A stretch of DNA of 33,399 nt from Neoconidiobolus thromboides FSU 785 (GCA_025603075.1 MU626468.1:1-33399), one strand, 5' to 3'. Shown: positions 1 through 13,342, counted from the stretch's first letter. A program made the numbers and translations. The notes: a model not told the origin generated them from the sequence alone.

Positions 1-244
1 AAGATAGACTTGAATTATGAGGAATAGCACGTAATAGGTTACAAGCTATATAAGACAAATAGAATAGACAATACTAATGTAAAATCTATGTAAAATACTA
101 TTAAGAAAACTTAGTAACTTTATTAAATGTTCGAGATATCAGGGATTAATTCAGTTAAAAAGCCTCGAACTACTATACTCTGTAAACTCTTTTATACTCT
201 GAAAAGTATAAATATCAAAATGAGAAGATAATATTCTTTTGGAT

Positions 245-371
245 GGAACTAGAAATTCTCATAACAAATCAAAATAAGAACATGGGATTGATTTCCTCTG
301 AGCTCGAGAACACAACAGCTTAGGGGATTGTTATGTTATAATTAACCATGGGACTGACAAAGCGATATTTC
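245..371 (-). repeat. Dispersed repeat family B, copy 1 (~125 bp)
   Basis: The reverse complement GAAATATCGCTTTGTCAG...TTATAACATAACAATCCCCTAAGCTGTTG...AATCAATCCC...TTATTTTGATTTGTTATGAGAATTT is collinear with 25377-25500. Confidence 0.8.
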
Positions 372-424
372 ACACTATTTGAGTGAAAAAATTGTTAGTA
401 AAATTCAAGCAGAAAAACATCTTG
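372..424 (-). mobile_element. MITE family A, partial copy
   Basis: ACACTATTTGAGTGAAAAAATTGTTAGTAAAATTC matches the internal part of the 98-bp family in reverse orientation. Confidence 0.7.
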
Positions 425-1082
425 ATTTAATTAAATGTCAAAAATAAAAGTTGAATAACCATCAATTGTTTTTCAATGCTTTTAAAATCAAATAACTTAA
501 ATGTTCTAGATTTCTCTCTTTTGCTTAATCTTGTCTTTATTATTTCCTTCCTATCTCTCTTATCTGCTTCCATCGCCACTTGAATTAATGTTAAAATAGT
601 TTTCCTAATAATAAATGCTTGGTAACCTTTCAAGCTCTTTAAATTATCCTAAATTTAAAAACCGAAAGTTTTCATGTTTTTATTTAATGAAAGCAATGTG
701 TTAGTGCAAAAAGTTACTCAACAAATAATAAAATTAGAGAGTACAACCTAAAGAAAACAGCGAGCTTTCTCATTAAAGGATAGTTGAAGCTTCTTAAGAA
801 GGCGTGAATTATAGAACAAGTGTGAGGTTGTTACTATTTGTCATTATGGCTAGGAAAATCCTGTATTTGAAAATTAAGTTGGATGGTCTGAAAAAAAGCA
901 AGTTAATGGAACTAAATGTTAGATGAAGCAGTAGTTTGATGTACAATCAAAAACCTAAGACTTATAAAGTGCACACCAGCATAATGTAGGGTTTTTGAAA
1001 TAGGGAGTTAAGGTGGGAAAGAATTTTCTAAATAAAATATGCAATAGATTTTTATAAATACTATTACTTATAACTAATATAT

Positions 1083-1278
1083 AGGTATGTATTTTTTAAA
1101 GAATTTTACCAATAATCTTTCTGTTCGAATAGCGCTTAGAAACGGAAAAAGTAATGAAGCCAAAAAATAATATGGGGATGTATTTTTGTGTTTAAGAATT
1201 TTACTAACAAATTTTCCGCTTAAATAACGCTTAAAAAATGAAAGAAATAATGATGTTAAAAAACACTCCCATATCCTC
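1083..1278 (+). mobile_element. MITE family A, older host copy interrupted by a nested copy
   Basis: The body at 1083-1173 matches the family, and its last 4 nt (CCTC, 1275-1278) resume after the inserted copy. Confidence 0.75.
1174..1270 (+). mobile_element. MITE family A, nested copy (97 bp)
   Basis: GGGGATGTATTTTTGTG...AAAAAACACTCCC flanked by ATAT/ATAT. Confidence 0.9.
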
Positions 1279-3003
1279 ATACATTTATGAAGAATAAATA
1301 GACTTTGAGATTATCTTTATTGCATATTTTCACTATGAAATATTATAGTTCAAAATTAGTAATAAACTTAGTATTAGTGTTGGATTGTGATTTATACAGG
1401 ACAACTTTAGTAATTAGATATCATTATTATTTAGATGTTCAAAGGATTAACAATATAATATGATATTATTTTTTATAAAATTATAAAGCTAAATTAAAAA
1501 GTCAATTTAATTTAAATCTAATAAAGTTCAAAAAAATGCAAATAACCATTTTAGTAAAACTATTTATTTGTAGATTATAATATAAAAATCTTGTTTAATC
1601 TCTTGTTACTTAATTTAGTTAATAGTACTACTTTTATTGAATGGTAATAAAGTAGTATATTGTAACTTCTATGTATTCAAATAATACCATTAGGTTTAGT
1701 ATAGTTTATTGATGTAAATCTACAACTTATTATGATAAAACATTTTGTTATACATACTAGAAATAAAAATAGTATAGAAATATAGAAGTACAATAAATAA
1801 ACTTTCTCTTTTTGTGGTAAATAAATGCTTATCATTCTAAATCTAACGATTTTAAATTTGAAGCATTGCTATAGAAAAATAGAAAAAAATATTTTGAGTA
1901 AAAAATATTGAAATAAAATACTACATTTGTAACTCTAGAAAATAATCTAGGAGCTCAACTCTACAAATATAACATTAAGTAAGGATAACAAGATAATGGT
2001 TATTGTAAATCAAAGTTTATTTAATTTTAAAGATGAGTTCTAGTGTAGAAATTAAACCTAACTATTTTAAACTTATTTAAAATAAAACTTAGAGAGTTAA
2101 CTGAAAATATCAACTATTACTAAAATTCTATTTTTAACCGAAAAGTAAATATTACTTCATCTTAGGGGTAATCGTTTGTCTTTAAGTAACTACATCTATA
2201 ATAACATTAATCTTGTTTATAACTCAAACCTTAAGCTTGATAATCTTTTGTTAATTTTGATATAGAAGTAAAGCTGGAATCGTCTCTATTATAAAGCTAT
2301 AAATAATTTAATGATTAGTAAATAATGATTTATACAATACAAAGCCCTTAGTAATATTAAAATTGGTATTTTTGATTTATAAAGTGCTTTAGACATAACG
2401 TTATTATTTAATAAAATTTCAATCTAATAAAACTTTCTTTCGGTTGGAATAATATGAGGGGTAAAATATGGAGTAAAAAAAAATATTTGTTTTTGAAAAA
2501 GTTAACTTCAATATTTGATATTTCTTGAAATTTATTAACTTCTTTTAGTAATCAATAGAGTATAATATATATCCTGAATTTAGAGATAATTGGCTATACT
2601 TTACCCTATTCCTTTAAATAGTCTTTTTACCAGGGATATAAAAATTAAAAGTTGGGTAGTAAAGATTACTTTCACAGGTTACGTCCATTTTGTTAATTTA
2701 ATAGACAAATAAAATACATCAATTAATCAAATCAATGTCCTTTTATTGAGTAATAAAGTAAAACCAAGTAATTTATTATACTAATAGACACCAAATAGGA
2801 TCTATTATCTCCAAGATTGTGGGGGTAATCTACCCCTGGAAGTAAGTTAAAGAAAGTAGATAATAAAAAAGTATATAAATGCAGCTCCAGTGATTAAATC
2901 AAATAAAATTATAAACTATTTATTTATTGTATATATAAGTATATATAACCCTACTATTTATATCATTTGACTGATTTTTTTAAATAACTATAACTATATT
3001 AAA

Positions 3004-3630
3004 ATGTTGAACCCAGATCCTATTAAACCAGATCACTCTAGTGAAACTATGATGATGAATCAAGAAGAGATGTTACAACAAGGAAACTTATATGAATTGA
3101 TGGCTTTACAACAGGCTTATGATCCTATGTTTCCAGTAACAAATGAGATGATGATGTTGAATGACCCAACCACTTTAAATTATTTAGCTATGAATAGTAA
3201 TTTGGCTAACTTAGCTAACTTTAGTGAACCCTTCAATACTGAATTTTATGAGTACAAAGGTAAAGAAGAGAAGAGTAAAGAGAATAAAAGGCGAGTTAAA
3301 ATTGAAGAAGAAGATGAAGAACAGAGTAAATTAGACTCTGCTGAACTTCGTCGTAAAATACATATCCAATCGGAACAAAAACGTAGAGCTCAAATTAAAG
3401 ATGGGTTTGAAGAGTTAAGAAAACAGTTGCCTAATTGCGCTAATAAGCAATTATCAAAGGCTGCCATTTTGAATAAGACTTGTCTACATGTGCAGCAACT
3501 AAAGGCTTCTCAGTTTGTTCTATTAACTGAGATTGATCGCTTAAGGTTGGAAAATGACCATCTTCGTCAATTAAACCAGGCTTTATATCCTAAGCACGCG
3601 GTTAATAACCTCTATTCTCTTAACCTTTAA
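3004..3630 (+). CDS. bHLH-leucine zipper transcription factor (Max/Mlx-like, group B), single exon, 208 aa
   Basis: Basic region RRKIHIQSEQKRRAQIKDGFEELRKQLP has the H-E-R E-box contact residues. Helix 2 (LSKAAILNKTCLHVQQL) is followed by a heptad zipper (LLTEIDRLRLENDHLRQLNQAL). Confidence 0.9.
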   Translation: MLNPDPIKPDHSSETMMMNQEEMLQQGNLYELMALQQAYDPMFPVTNEMMMLNDPTTLNYLAMNSNLANLANFSEPFNTEFYEYKGKEEKSKENKRRVKIEEEDEEQSKLDSAELRRKIHIQSEQKRRAQIKDGFEELRKQLPNCANKQLSKAAILNKTCLHVQQLKASQFVLLTEIDRLRLENDHLRQLNQALYPKHAVNNLYSLNL

Positions 3631-4099
3631 ATGGCAATAAATTATGTTTAATTATTTACTTAAATGATATTGTGTACTTGGGTTTTATTGAGGCCTGGCT
3701 TATTGAAATTGTTATTACTTTATAAGTGTAGTTTAATTATGTATGAAATAAAAAAAATAATGTTATATTATTTTTATGATTTGTTAAATGTATTTTGTAA
3801 GTAAACTGCTTTGTAATTGTTTGATTTTCTTTATTGTCTATATAAGCATAAAAATACTTAAACCTAATCTGTTTTGTGACTAAGAATAATATATAATAAC
3901 TTCACCTTATTATAAATCTATTTTTTATAAATTTACTATTTAAGTTGAAATCCAAATCCAAGTTTTTGATTTGCTAATTCCACTTTTATAAATTATCTTT
4001 GTTATTTTTGAAACTTCAATTTTATTCTATTTAAAGGTAGAAATTTAATAAAATAAAACCGAAAAAAAGTAACCAAAACAAAGATAGAATAGTTTTAAA

Positions 4100-5794
4100 A
4101 TGACCGAATACATTCCATTAACCGCAAGGAAATATGCTTCTAAACAACAGATAACACCAGAGGTGGCCTTTTGGAAATCGTTTACAGTAAACTGATTATT
4201 TTAAACTTTAAATCTTAAAACTTAATTTTCACTAGTCCCCAGTAATAGTAAAAGAGAATAATAGCGTAACTTCCATTCATTTCTCTCCAAATTCTCCAAC
4301 AGACTTTGCGGTTACTGCTTCTACAAGAGTACAAATTTATTCCTCCAGAACAAATTCGGTTTCAAAATCCATTTCAAGATTTACAGATACCGCTTACTCA
4401 GGAAGCTTTCGTAGCGATGGTAAGTTGGTCATTGCTGGAGATAATTCAGGGTTGATTCAAGTAATAATTATTTTCTATTGTTGTTGTTTTATTTATTTTA
4501 TTAGCTTTTTGATGTCAAATCAAGATCTGTTTTAAGAACTATGAAGGAGCATAGAGGGTAAGTAAAATAATACCTCTTAATAATTATAATTCTGATCCAC
4601 TACTTCTAGTCCAGTTAAAGTAACAAAATTCCACCCAGATAATACAAAAATATTGTCATGTTCAGATGACAGACTTGTAAAAGTATGGGATATTCCTAGT
4701 CAAGCTGCAATATCAACTTTTGATGACCATAATGATTATGTAAGATGTGGTACTATTAACCCAGCCAATCCAAATGTGTATTTATCAGGTTCTTATGATA
4801 ATACAGTAAAAATTTATGATGCTCGTAATCCAGCTTCATCAGCTTGTATATTGACTCTTGATCATGGAGCACCAGTTGAAGATGTGTTGGTTTATCCAAC
4901 AGGAAGCTTATTGGCTGTAGCAGGAGGACCATGCGTTAAAATTTATGATATTATTACTGGAAGATGTTTACACAATTTAGAAAATTTCCAAAAAACAGTA
5001 ACCTGTTTAGCGCTCGATGGAGAAAAAGTTAGATTACTAGCAGGTTCTTTGGATCATCATGTTAAGGTTTATGACCTTTCTGAGTATTCAATGCAACATT
5101 CAGTAAAATATCCATCTCCTGTATTATCCTTAGCCATTTCAGGTAATAACTCAACCCTCGCAGTTGGTATGGTGTCTGGTGCTTTATCTATTCGTAAACG
5201 CATCACAACTGGAACAAGCAGAAGCTCTTCAGTTGCATTTAAAGAAGAAGTAGTAACACCAGAAGTATCAGCACCAACTAAAAAAAAATCGAAAAACCCA
5301 CATGATAGGTTGATAAGAGACTTCAAATATAAAGAAGCTTTAGATTCATTGTTAATGGTAGAGTTTTATAGCTTGAATTTAGTTTTTATTAATAGTAATT
5401 TTAGACACCTAATAGCAACGATTTGACTATGGAATTATTAAGAGAATTGATCCGAAGAGGGGGTATTGAAGTAGCATTATCTGGAAGAGATGATGCTTCT
5501 CTTTTAATGTTGTTAAAATTTCTAGCTAATAATTTTAATCATGTTGAATATCATTCTTTAATTTTGAATGTTATTATATTAACATTAGGTAAGCTAAATA
5601 GCATTCATTTAATGTAGGTTTAAATTTGTTTATTCATAGATATTTACGACAAAGTGATAACAAGCTCCAACAAGTTAAACAAAGTACTAATTCAGCTTAA
5701 AGACAAAGTTCAAAGTGAGTTGACTTTACAAAAAGAAATGGTAGCGGTATCTGGATTAGCTGAAATGGTCAAAGCTAAAGCTATGACTAAATAG
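4100..5794 (+). CDS. UTP15: U3 snoRNA-associated protein UTP15 (WD40 + UTP15 C-terminal domain), 6 exons, 483 aa
   Basis: Exons 4100-4186, 4236-4460, 4505-4557, 4610-5357, 5405-5588 and 5640-5794 have GT-AG boundaries and join in frame (1452 nt). N-terminus ITPEVAFWKSF, SRFTDTAYSGSFRSDGKL, WD repeats (LDHGAPVEDVL) and C-terminal IEVALSGRDD...LKFL...DIY match UTP15 as I recall it. Confidence 0.92.
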
Positions 5795-6376
5795 AAAATA
5801 GATTTTATTGAATATAAATAAAAATTTGAAATATTTAAATAATATTAGAAAGCGTTTAATTATTAGCAGGCATTCATTTGATTATTAACATATTCTAGCT
5901 GAGCTAGTTTAAATTCAATATTATATAAAAATGATTATAATATATCGAAGTAATAGTTTGCTCACAAACAAGTATGCACATAATTAGTTTAACTTGTTCC
6001 TTAAGTTGGTATCGTTAAATTTCGATGCTTGCCCCACTGAAAGATAATCCAATAATCAGATTTAAAAGTTAGCTCGGGTCAGGTTTGATTGGTCGATCTA
6101 AAAACGACGCTCGTTTGGATAGATGATCGTAAATTTTAAAGTTAAAATTAAGTAAGTTAAAAGTGAAAGTTTATTTTGTTTAGGTAATAGTTAGATCATG
6201 TATAACTATATAAACTAATATATTGATAGAAAGTGGTAGCAAATTAAGCAAATTAAGTAATTATTAGAATATTAGTATGCGATTTGAAAGCTGGTTTTAA
6301 GTTAAGTTGGAAACTAATAAGTTGAAAATAATAAAGTATCTTATTTTTATTTTTACTTAAATTATATTTTAAAAAA

Positions 6377-8722
6377 ATGAATTTACAGAATAATGAGATA
6401 AGTTTTAGTGAGGGAAAGGATGTCTTAAAATGTGCCAAACAAGATATAAGTATGGCTAATGACATTAAACAACAGCCTATTAAAACCATCATAAATGAAG
6501 TACAGTTCAATGACTTATTAAATGTAATGCAGTATTTACCCATTAATAATTCGTATCAACCAAATTTGTTTAACTATGACTTTTTAAATAATACACCTAA
6601 TAATAATATGAACAATAATAATAGTGATTCGCTTCAATATAACAACGATTACTGTTTTAATCCATTTATTAATGATATAAATATGAGTATGGCAATGGCT
6701 ACCAATCCATTTTATAATCTTGTAAATAGTTTAACAGATACTACAAGCATTGATTTCAATAATAATAATACCAGTAATATCTCTACTAACAGCATTATTG
6801 ATATCGGCAGCAACAGTAACATTTTAGATACAGCTACAAACAATATAATACACAAAGGTAGTAATTCACCATACCAAGTAATATATTCTGGAAGTGGATT
6901 CGATTTGTTACAGATTTTAAATAAAGTAATAAATCGACCAAGCCCTTTGATTAAATTGGGACCTGTAGATATGGACTGTGCTTTTATAGTTGTTGATGCT
7001 TTAAAGTTTGATTTTCCAATCATTTACTCTTCGCCTTCCTTTGAAAAATTAACCGGATATGCACCCAATGAAATCCTTGGACGCAATTGTCGATTCTTAC
7101 AAGCCCCTAATGGCCATGTTACTTTGGGGTCAAGAAGAAGATATACAGATAATAATGCAGTTCATTGTATTAAATCAAGTGTTAATAATTTAAAAGAATA
7201 TCAAATATCTATCTTAAATTATAAAAAAGACGGAACTCCTTTTTTGAATTTAATTAGTATTATTCCAGTTTATGAAAATGAGCGTATACGCTATTTCGTT
7301 GGATTCCAAGCGGATGTTGTAGCTAAAACTGCTATACCTTTAGGTACCAAATATGGTTATGAGGGTGCTAATGATACTTCTGTCAATACTTACAAATTAC
7401 AGCAGTATAAACAGCCAAGTGTCAACCTTAAAGAACATTTACTTGATACTTCTGTAATGAACAATTCAAGCGATGCAGATAATATAGATATCAACCAATT
7501 ATTATTGGATAATTCTCCCGATTTAATTCAAGTATTAAGCATCAAAGGCATCTTTCTATACGTTTCTACGAATAGTATTGACTTGATAGGCTATCCAAAT
7601 CAACAATTAATTGGACGTCCAATATCTACTATTTGTCATCCAGCAGATTTAATACCGTTGACGAGGGAGCTTAAAGAATGCAGTATTAATGAAAAACCCT
7701 TTTCTTTGATTTACAGAATTAAAGATGGGCGGAATAACCAATATTTGTGGATGGAATCGGAAGGCAAGTTGCATGCTGATTCAGCAAAAGGAAGAAGATG
7801 CATTATATTAAGTAGCAGGGTACGTGAATTATATCAGATACCCAAAAGTGTGATTGAAAATTACGGGGGCTTAAATGAAGAAAGTGTTTGGTTTAAATTA
7901 TCTCTAAGAGGTCTTATTTTATATGTAACAAATAATTCCTATAATATCCTTGGGAAGGAAAGTGAGTGCTTATTAGGCTCCTCCTTTTATCAGTTTTTTG
8001 AACCTAATTCCACCTTATTCCTTAGTAATGCCTTAGATACAATTACTAATGGAAATAATCATATAGCATGTTCTTTAGAGCATGAGTTTGTATCTAAAAA
8101 GGGGAAATTACAATTGATGAGTTATTTTTATTCCAATTCCTTTAGTAATAAAGATCAACTCCAATTTATATTATGTCAAATTAAAGTTAAAAAGCAAGGT
8201 GAAATGGAGTTACCTGCAATGATGTTTAATAACAATGCTTATAATGAGAATGATAGTTTGTTCCCATACTTAAATTGTACTTATTCATCGTCCTGGCAAT
8301 ATGAAATCCATCAACTTAGAAACGCCAATAAAAAACTTGAGGAACAGATTGAAGAGTGTTTAAGTAAAAAGCAGTCATTTAAAAAAGTAAGTTGTAGCTA
8401 ATAATCGCAATAATAGACAATAATAATATCTATTTATCTAGTTGAAAACAAGCAAAAATAAGTCTCGAATCTGCCATAATTGCCATCGTACCCAATCTCC
8501 AGAATGGCGTAAAGGTCCTGATGGGCCTAAAACTCTATGTAACTCATGTGGATTAAGTAAGTTATTTTTGTTATTTTATTTTGATATTAAATCTAGCTTT
8601 TAGAATATGCAAAATCCCAATCACCTTACAAAAGCAGATCAAGTACTTCTACGGATACTAGTAGTAATAGTGGCCATGATTCATTTCATCCTTCTTGTTC
8701 TAGTTCTTCGAATAGTCCATAA
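6377..8722 (+). CDS. wc-1: White collar-1 blue-light photoreceptor/transcription factor (LOV, PAS-B, PAS-C, GATA zinc finger), 3 exons, ~747 aa
   Basis: LOV signature GRNCRFLQ with the photoactive Cys, preceded by [27 protein letters not shown], plus two further PAS domains. Exons 6377-8386, 8442-8556 and 8604-8722 add a C-x2-C-x18-C-x2-C finger ([26 protein letters not shown]) that the ORF track misses. The exact start codon is uncertain. Confidence 0.95.
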
Positions 8723-9525
8723 GAAATATTTGAGTCATATTTTGAAGTCATTAGTGCTAAGCTATTTTTAAAAATGTGTAGTTTGAGTTTATTTTGTATA
8801 TTTAAGCCAAAGATTAAGCCAGAATTTTTAATTGAAATCCCATGCTTTTTAAAATATAAGATGTTCTATTTATTAAAAATTATATTATCTGTTAAGATTA
8901 TTGAGTTTTTTATTTGAAATTTAATGTTTAGTCTAACAAATTTTTAGTTTTAGATATATTGGGTAAGTTTAAAAGCTCAGTTAAAATTAAATCTTCCAAT
9001 TATACTTGTACATTTAATATTAGCAATTTTTTAAGAAACTAATAAGACTGGTCAGAAAAATGTTCCAACATGTATTATTAAGCAAAAAAGTAAATCTTTT
9101 TATAGCACTTGGTTCAAATTTTGCTCAATTCTGATTTTTAGCAAAAATCGCAAATTAACACTCCAAGTTTTTAAATTAACCCATTTTTGAACCCTTGTTT
9201 TATGTTTTATAGCTTTGGGCTAGATTGATCTATTTTTAGTAATGTCATTTTGGGAAAAAAATTATTCTTGAATTTAACATTTTCAATCTCATGTTTTGAA
9301 GTAAGCCCATAAATTCATTTGATTTTTTAAACCCCAAAAATCCATTCACTCAACCCCTGTTAGAAAATTGGTTTCGAATAAATAAAAAGATAATAATAAA
9401 GCTTGAATGTTTTGCAATATCAATGTATTTTTGATAAGATTTAATACATAATTAAACTATTAAACCTTACTATAGCATTAAGAAAAGAAAAAGTAGAATT
9501 GATATTAAATTCTTATTTAGCACTC

Positions 9526-12130
9526 TTATTTACTTAAGCCAGGTAAATTTTCATAGCTCCATAAACGAGCACGACAATCCCCAGATCCAGTAGCAAAGAG
9601 GCGTCCAGTTGGGCTTAAAGCTACTGAAATAACTAAAAAAATACATATAAACAAACAACCTATATATATATAATTTAGTTTACCTGAATTCTTATGTCCT
9701 TGTAGCATAAATTGTGTTTGAGAGGTACGTGGGTCCCAGAATTGTACTCCACGATCTTTAGATCCAGATACTACCCAGTTACCACATGGGGAACAAGCAA
9801 CAGATAGTACAAAGTCCTATCAATAAATGATTAAATAAATATATATATATTTAGTTAGATTTGAACCTACTTTATGGCCAACAAAAGTGACCCTACAATT
9901 TGAAGTAGGTTTTTGACCTGGAGTAGATCCACGTCCGTAATCCCCTACATCCCAAAGCTTTATCGTTTTATCTAATGAACCAGAACAAATAGTTTTCCCT
10001 AATTATTAAATTATTATCAATAATGGTCTTGTTATTATCCTTAAAGTGAATTACCATCTGCTGAGAAGGCAACGGAATAAACAGAATCTTTATGGCCTTC
10101 TAATTTATCTAAAAGTTGGCCAGTATGGGTATCCCAAATTCTTACCAATCTATCCAAAGATCCTGCTGCAACAAAACGACCATCTGGACTAAGAGCAACA
10201 GAGGTAACTCCAGCATCTTTGGAGTGAATATCATCAATAGTAAATGTGAAAAGACATTTACGAGATTCCATATCCCAAAGACGGGCAGTACGATCTCCAG
10301 AACCTGAAACAATATAACGTCCATTTCTAGAAAAATCAAGGGAATAGATATCTTGCTCATGGCCTTGGAATAAATGAACAATAAACTTCTTTTTAATATC
10401 CCAAATCTACTCATTGTTATTATAATATTTTACATTGCTGATATTATTGAATTACTCTAATAAGTTTATCTTCAGCACCAGTAGCAAGATATTTACCGTC
10501 TGGGCTAAAACATACAGAACGGATATAGAGATCATCACTCTTATTTACTGAATCATCAACCAAGACACTATAATACAGTTAATCCATGGTTGGAAAATTA
10601 AGTGCATAAATAAAAATCATACCAAATTTTTTGTGAAGTTGCAACATCATAAATTTGTGCAGTTCTATTACATCCAGTAGCTAAATATTTACCATCATTA
10701 CTGAAACGTACGCAGCAAACAACACTATAATTTCAAAAATTAGCTAGAGTTTATATGTTATAAATTTATTACCTGTTATGGTCAAGGGTGCTAACTAACT
10801 CAACATTTAATACTTTGGGGATTTTTGGGTTAAAGCTATGATTATTAGTATTAGTACTATAGATCGTGTCTTTACAATATAATTTTACATAGCAAACCAA
10901 TCTCCACCTTCTTTTTTAAGCTGTGGTGGTACAGTTTCTGGATCAAGATCAGACAATCCAGTAATCATAGCATTGTTAGTTAATTGTTGCATTTGGTTTT
11001 GATTTCCTGCTTGATTTGGTGGTGGTGATTGTCTTACTAAAGCACGTCCACTTGGTTGAGCACTATTATTGAGATTAGGTGTATCCCCATTATTCTTTTT
11101 AATGCTTTGTTGGGGTGGACCTTGATTTTGCATAGTAGCTCCCATAGATGGCATATGTTGCGCGTTTGGATGATGACCTTGGTGTTGCATTTCTTGTGGG
11201 TTCATCATGTGGTGTCCAGGCATTAGCTAAAACAATCTTAATTATTTTTACTAAATTTTTATAAAAATTAAAAACCTTTGGTGGCTTATTTTGATCTAAA
11301 CAAAACGTTTAGTTATTTAATACTATGAAAATCAGATTTCTTACTAGAATGAGGGTGTGCTTGATGTGGATGCATTCCAGGTGGGTTATGATGCTGTGGT
11401 CCAGGAGGTTGATTCATATTGGCTGGATACCCTGGTGCCATGCTTGATGGCGGTCCATGCTGTATCATTGGCAATGCGCTAGCATCGGAATCAGCTCTTA
11501 GCCTTTTTGGAAGATGCATTCCTGGTCCACCTTGAGGATGGTTTGGATGGCTGGGTGGTAGCTGTTGTCCACCTTGTGGTCCACCATTGATATAGTGTGG
11601 TGGAACAGTAGGATTGCTTGTTGGGGGTGGAAAGCTGGGGTGAGGTTGTGGCTGTTGTTGTTGTCCTTGAGAAGGATCCATTAATTGTGGTGGACCACCA
11701 ACAATACTAGCGAATAAACTGTTTGTGCTGTTACCAATATTTGGTGGTGGATGTTGGGGATGAACATTTGAAGGACCCCCATTAGCTGGATGACCACCAC
11801 GTTGTTCAAGTTCCCTACGAAGGCGCACAATTTCATCTTCATAGCTAAATGACGATTAATTTTGAAGGACAATTATATACAGTTACATTACCTTTTTTTC
11901 ACCTTTTGATGAGTTAATTCTAATTCATATACAGTTTGTTGAAATGCAGACAATTCATTTATTTGAGCATTGATTTTATGGTCGAACTCATCCCTTTGGA
12001 CTTTAAATACCCCAGCATCTTGAGTATTGTTCTCATACTCTGCTTTTAAGGCATCGATAAGTTCATGGAATCTGCTTGAAGGAGCTGCCGCTTGAGGTGG
12101 CATTTGGCGATGAGTGTAATGATTGGACAT
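9526..12130 (-). CDS. TUP1: General transcriptional corepressor Tup1/RCO-1 (Tup_N + Q/P/G/H-rich linker + WD40 propeller), 11 exons, 697 aa
   Basis: Minus-strand exons 12130-11892, 11844-11345, 11295-11276, 11226-10889, 10835-10773, 10724-10623, 10567-10456, 10406-10055, 9998-9871, 9816-9684 and 9632-9526 join in frame (2094 nt). Tup_N ([14 protein letters not shown]...[13 protein letters not shown]) and diagnostic WD motifs ([32 protein letters not shown]; [30 protein letters not shown]; [14 protein letters not shown]) are present. Confidence 0.96.
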
Positions 12131-12951
12131 ATTAATAATATCCCCTTATAATAATACAATTAAACTAAAAGTTAAATGAATAAATAAGAAGAGATATAGT
12201 TATCGAGATAATATAAAGTGTGGTGAGCTTTTTTAAATTACTTTAAAAGAAAGAAACTTTTTCAATTCTTTAATTCACTTTTGTGAATTTTTATAAAAAA
12301 AACAATCAAGTTCTAATAGTAACTTGTGTATGCCGAAATAATTTTAATTTTCTAGAATAACTTAATATTTGGTGGAATAGAAGCTTATAAGTTCCAAATA
12401 TGGTGTTTAACTTGTCACTCGCTGATTGAACCTAAGATGCTTGGTTGCTATTGAGATGACGTACAATTTATTCTCAATTTAGGTATTTTACTAGAAATTT
12501 TTATTTGATCAATTAATCGTTTTTGTATTAAAGTAACATATATTATATTATATTATGTTATATTGTATTATGAATAGACAGCTTAAGTTACATTTGTAAT
12601 AAAAAAATATAATTTAGTGGTTTTCAGCATTAGCTGTATATTTGTTCATCTATAAATAATTATAATATATTGCTATTATGCTCAAGTAAGCATAATCAAA
12701 AAAACATTACTACAAAACTACATATCTTGTAGCGTTGCTTTTACTACTCTTGTTCTTTATTGTACCTGCTTTTATAAATTACTTTTTAATTCGTTTTTAA
12801 TGCTGTTTGTAAAAGTAACTTGATTCTTGCTTATAAGTAATGACATCATTTGTTTAAAATCAATCAGGTCTTAATTTTAAATTAAAACTTTAAAGTGGGT
12901 GTGGTGTAATTGCTAAAGTGAATTGCTTTTTAGAGTGATAACGTTCATGGT

Positions 12952-13342
12952 GTAGGCCGTTGAGCTTATGCTACAAGGTCCTGCTTGTCAAATAAAAATA
13001 TATCTTTAATAAATAAAAGGATTTATAGCTATTTGTAGCTAAATGTTAAACAAAGGTTTAATCTTAATTGTAACTTTGCGATTGTGCTGTGATAGAATTG
13101 ACAGTTTACTTAAGAGCAAAATCTTACTGAAATCAAGTTGAAATATAGATTAAGCATTAAAAAATCAAATTAGTAAATATTTAACTTCAAAATTATCAAA
13201 AATTAGGTTGTAATAGAATTGCAAAGTTGTAATTTAGATTAAATCTTTGTTTAACATTTAGCTACAAATAGTTACAAATCCTTTTTGTTAGGGATATTTT
13301 TGTTTGACAAGCAAGATCTTGCAGCATAACTTAGCAACCTAT
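12952..13342. mobile_element. Foldback/long-TIR non-autonomous element (~390 bp; arms ~12952-13081 and ~13219-13342)
   Basis: Arms of ~125-130 bp are inverted. The core 13015-13064 versus 13236-13285 matches at 47 of 50 nt, and the spacer is ~140 bp. No target duplication was recognised. Confidence 0.7.

Noticed and set aside
427-633. 68-aa minus-strand ORF
   Set aside because: It has a non-ATG start, is Lys/Arg-biased, and shows no motif or splice context that I could support.
6020-6135. GATN/CGAT repeats and CCAAT boxes upstream of wc-1 as light-response elements
   Set aside because: The motifs are short and degenerate and cannot be distinguished from chance without ChIP or cross-species conservation.
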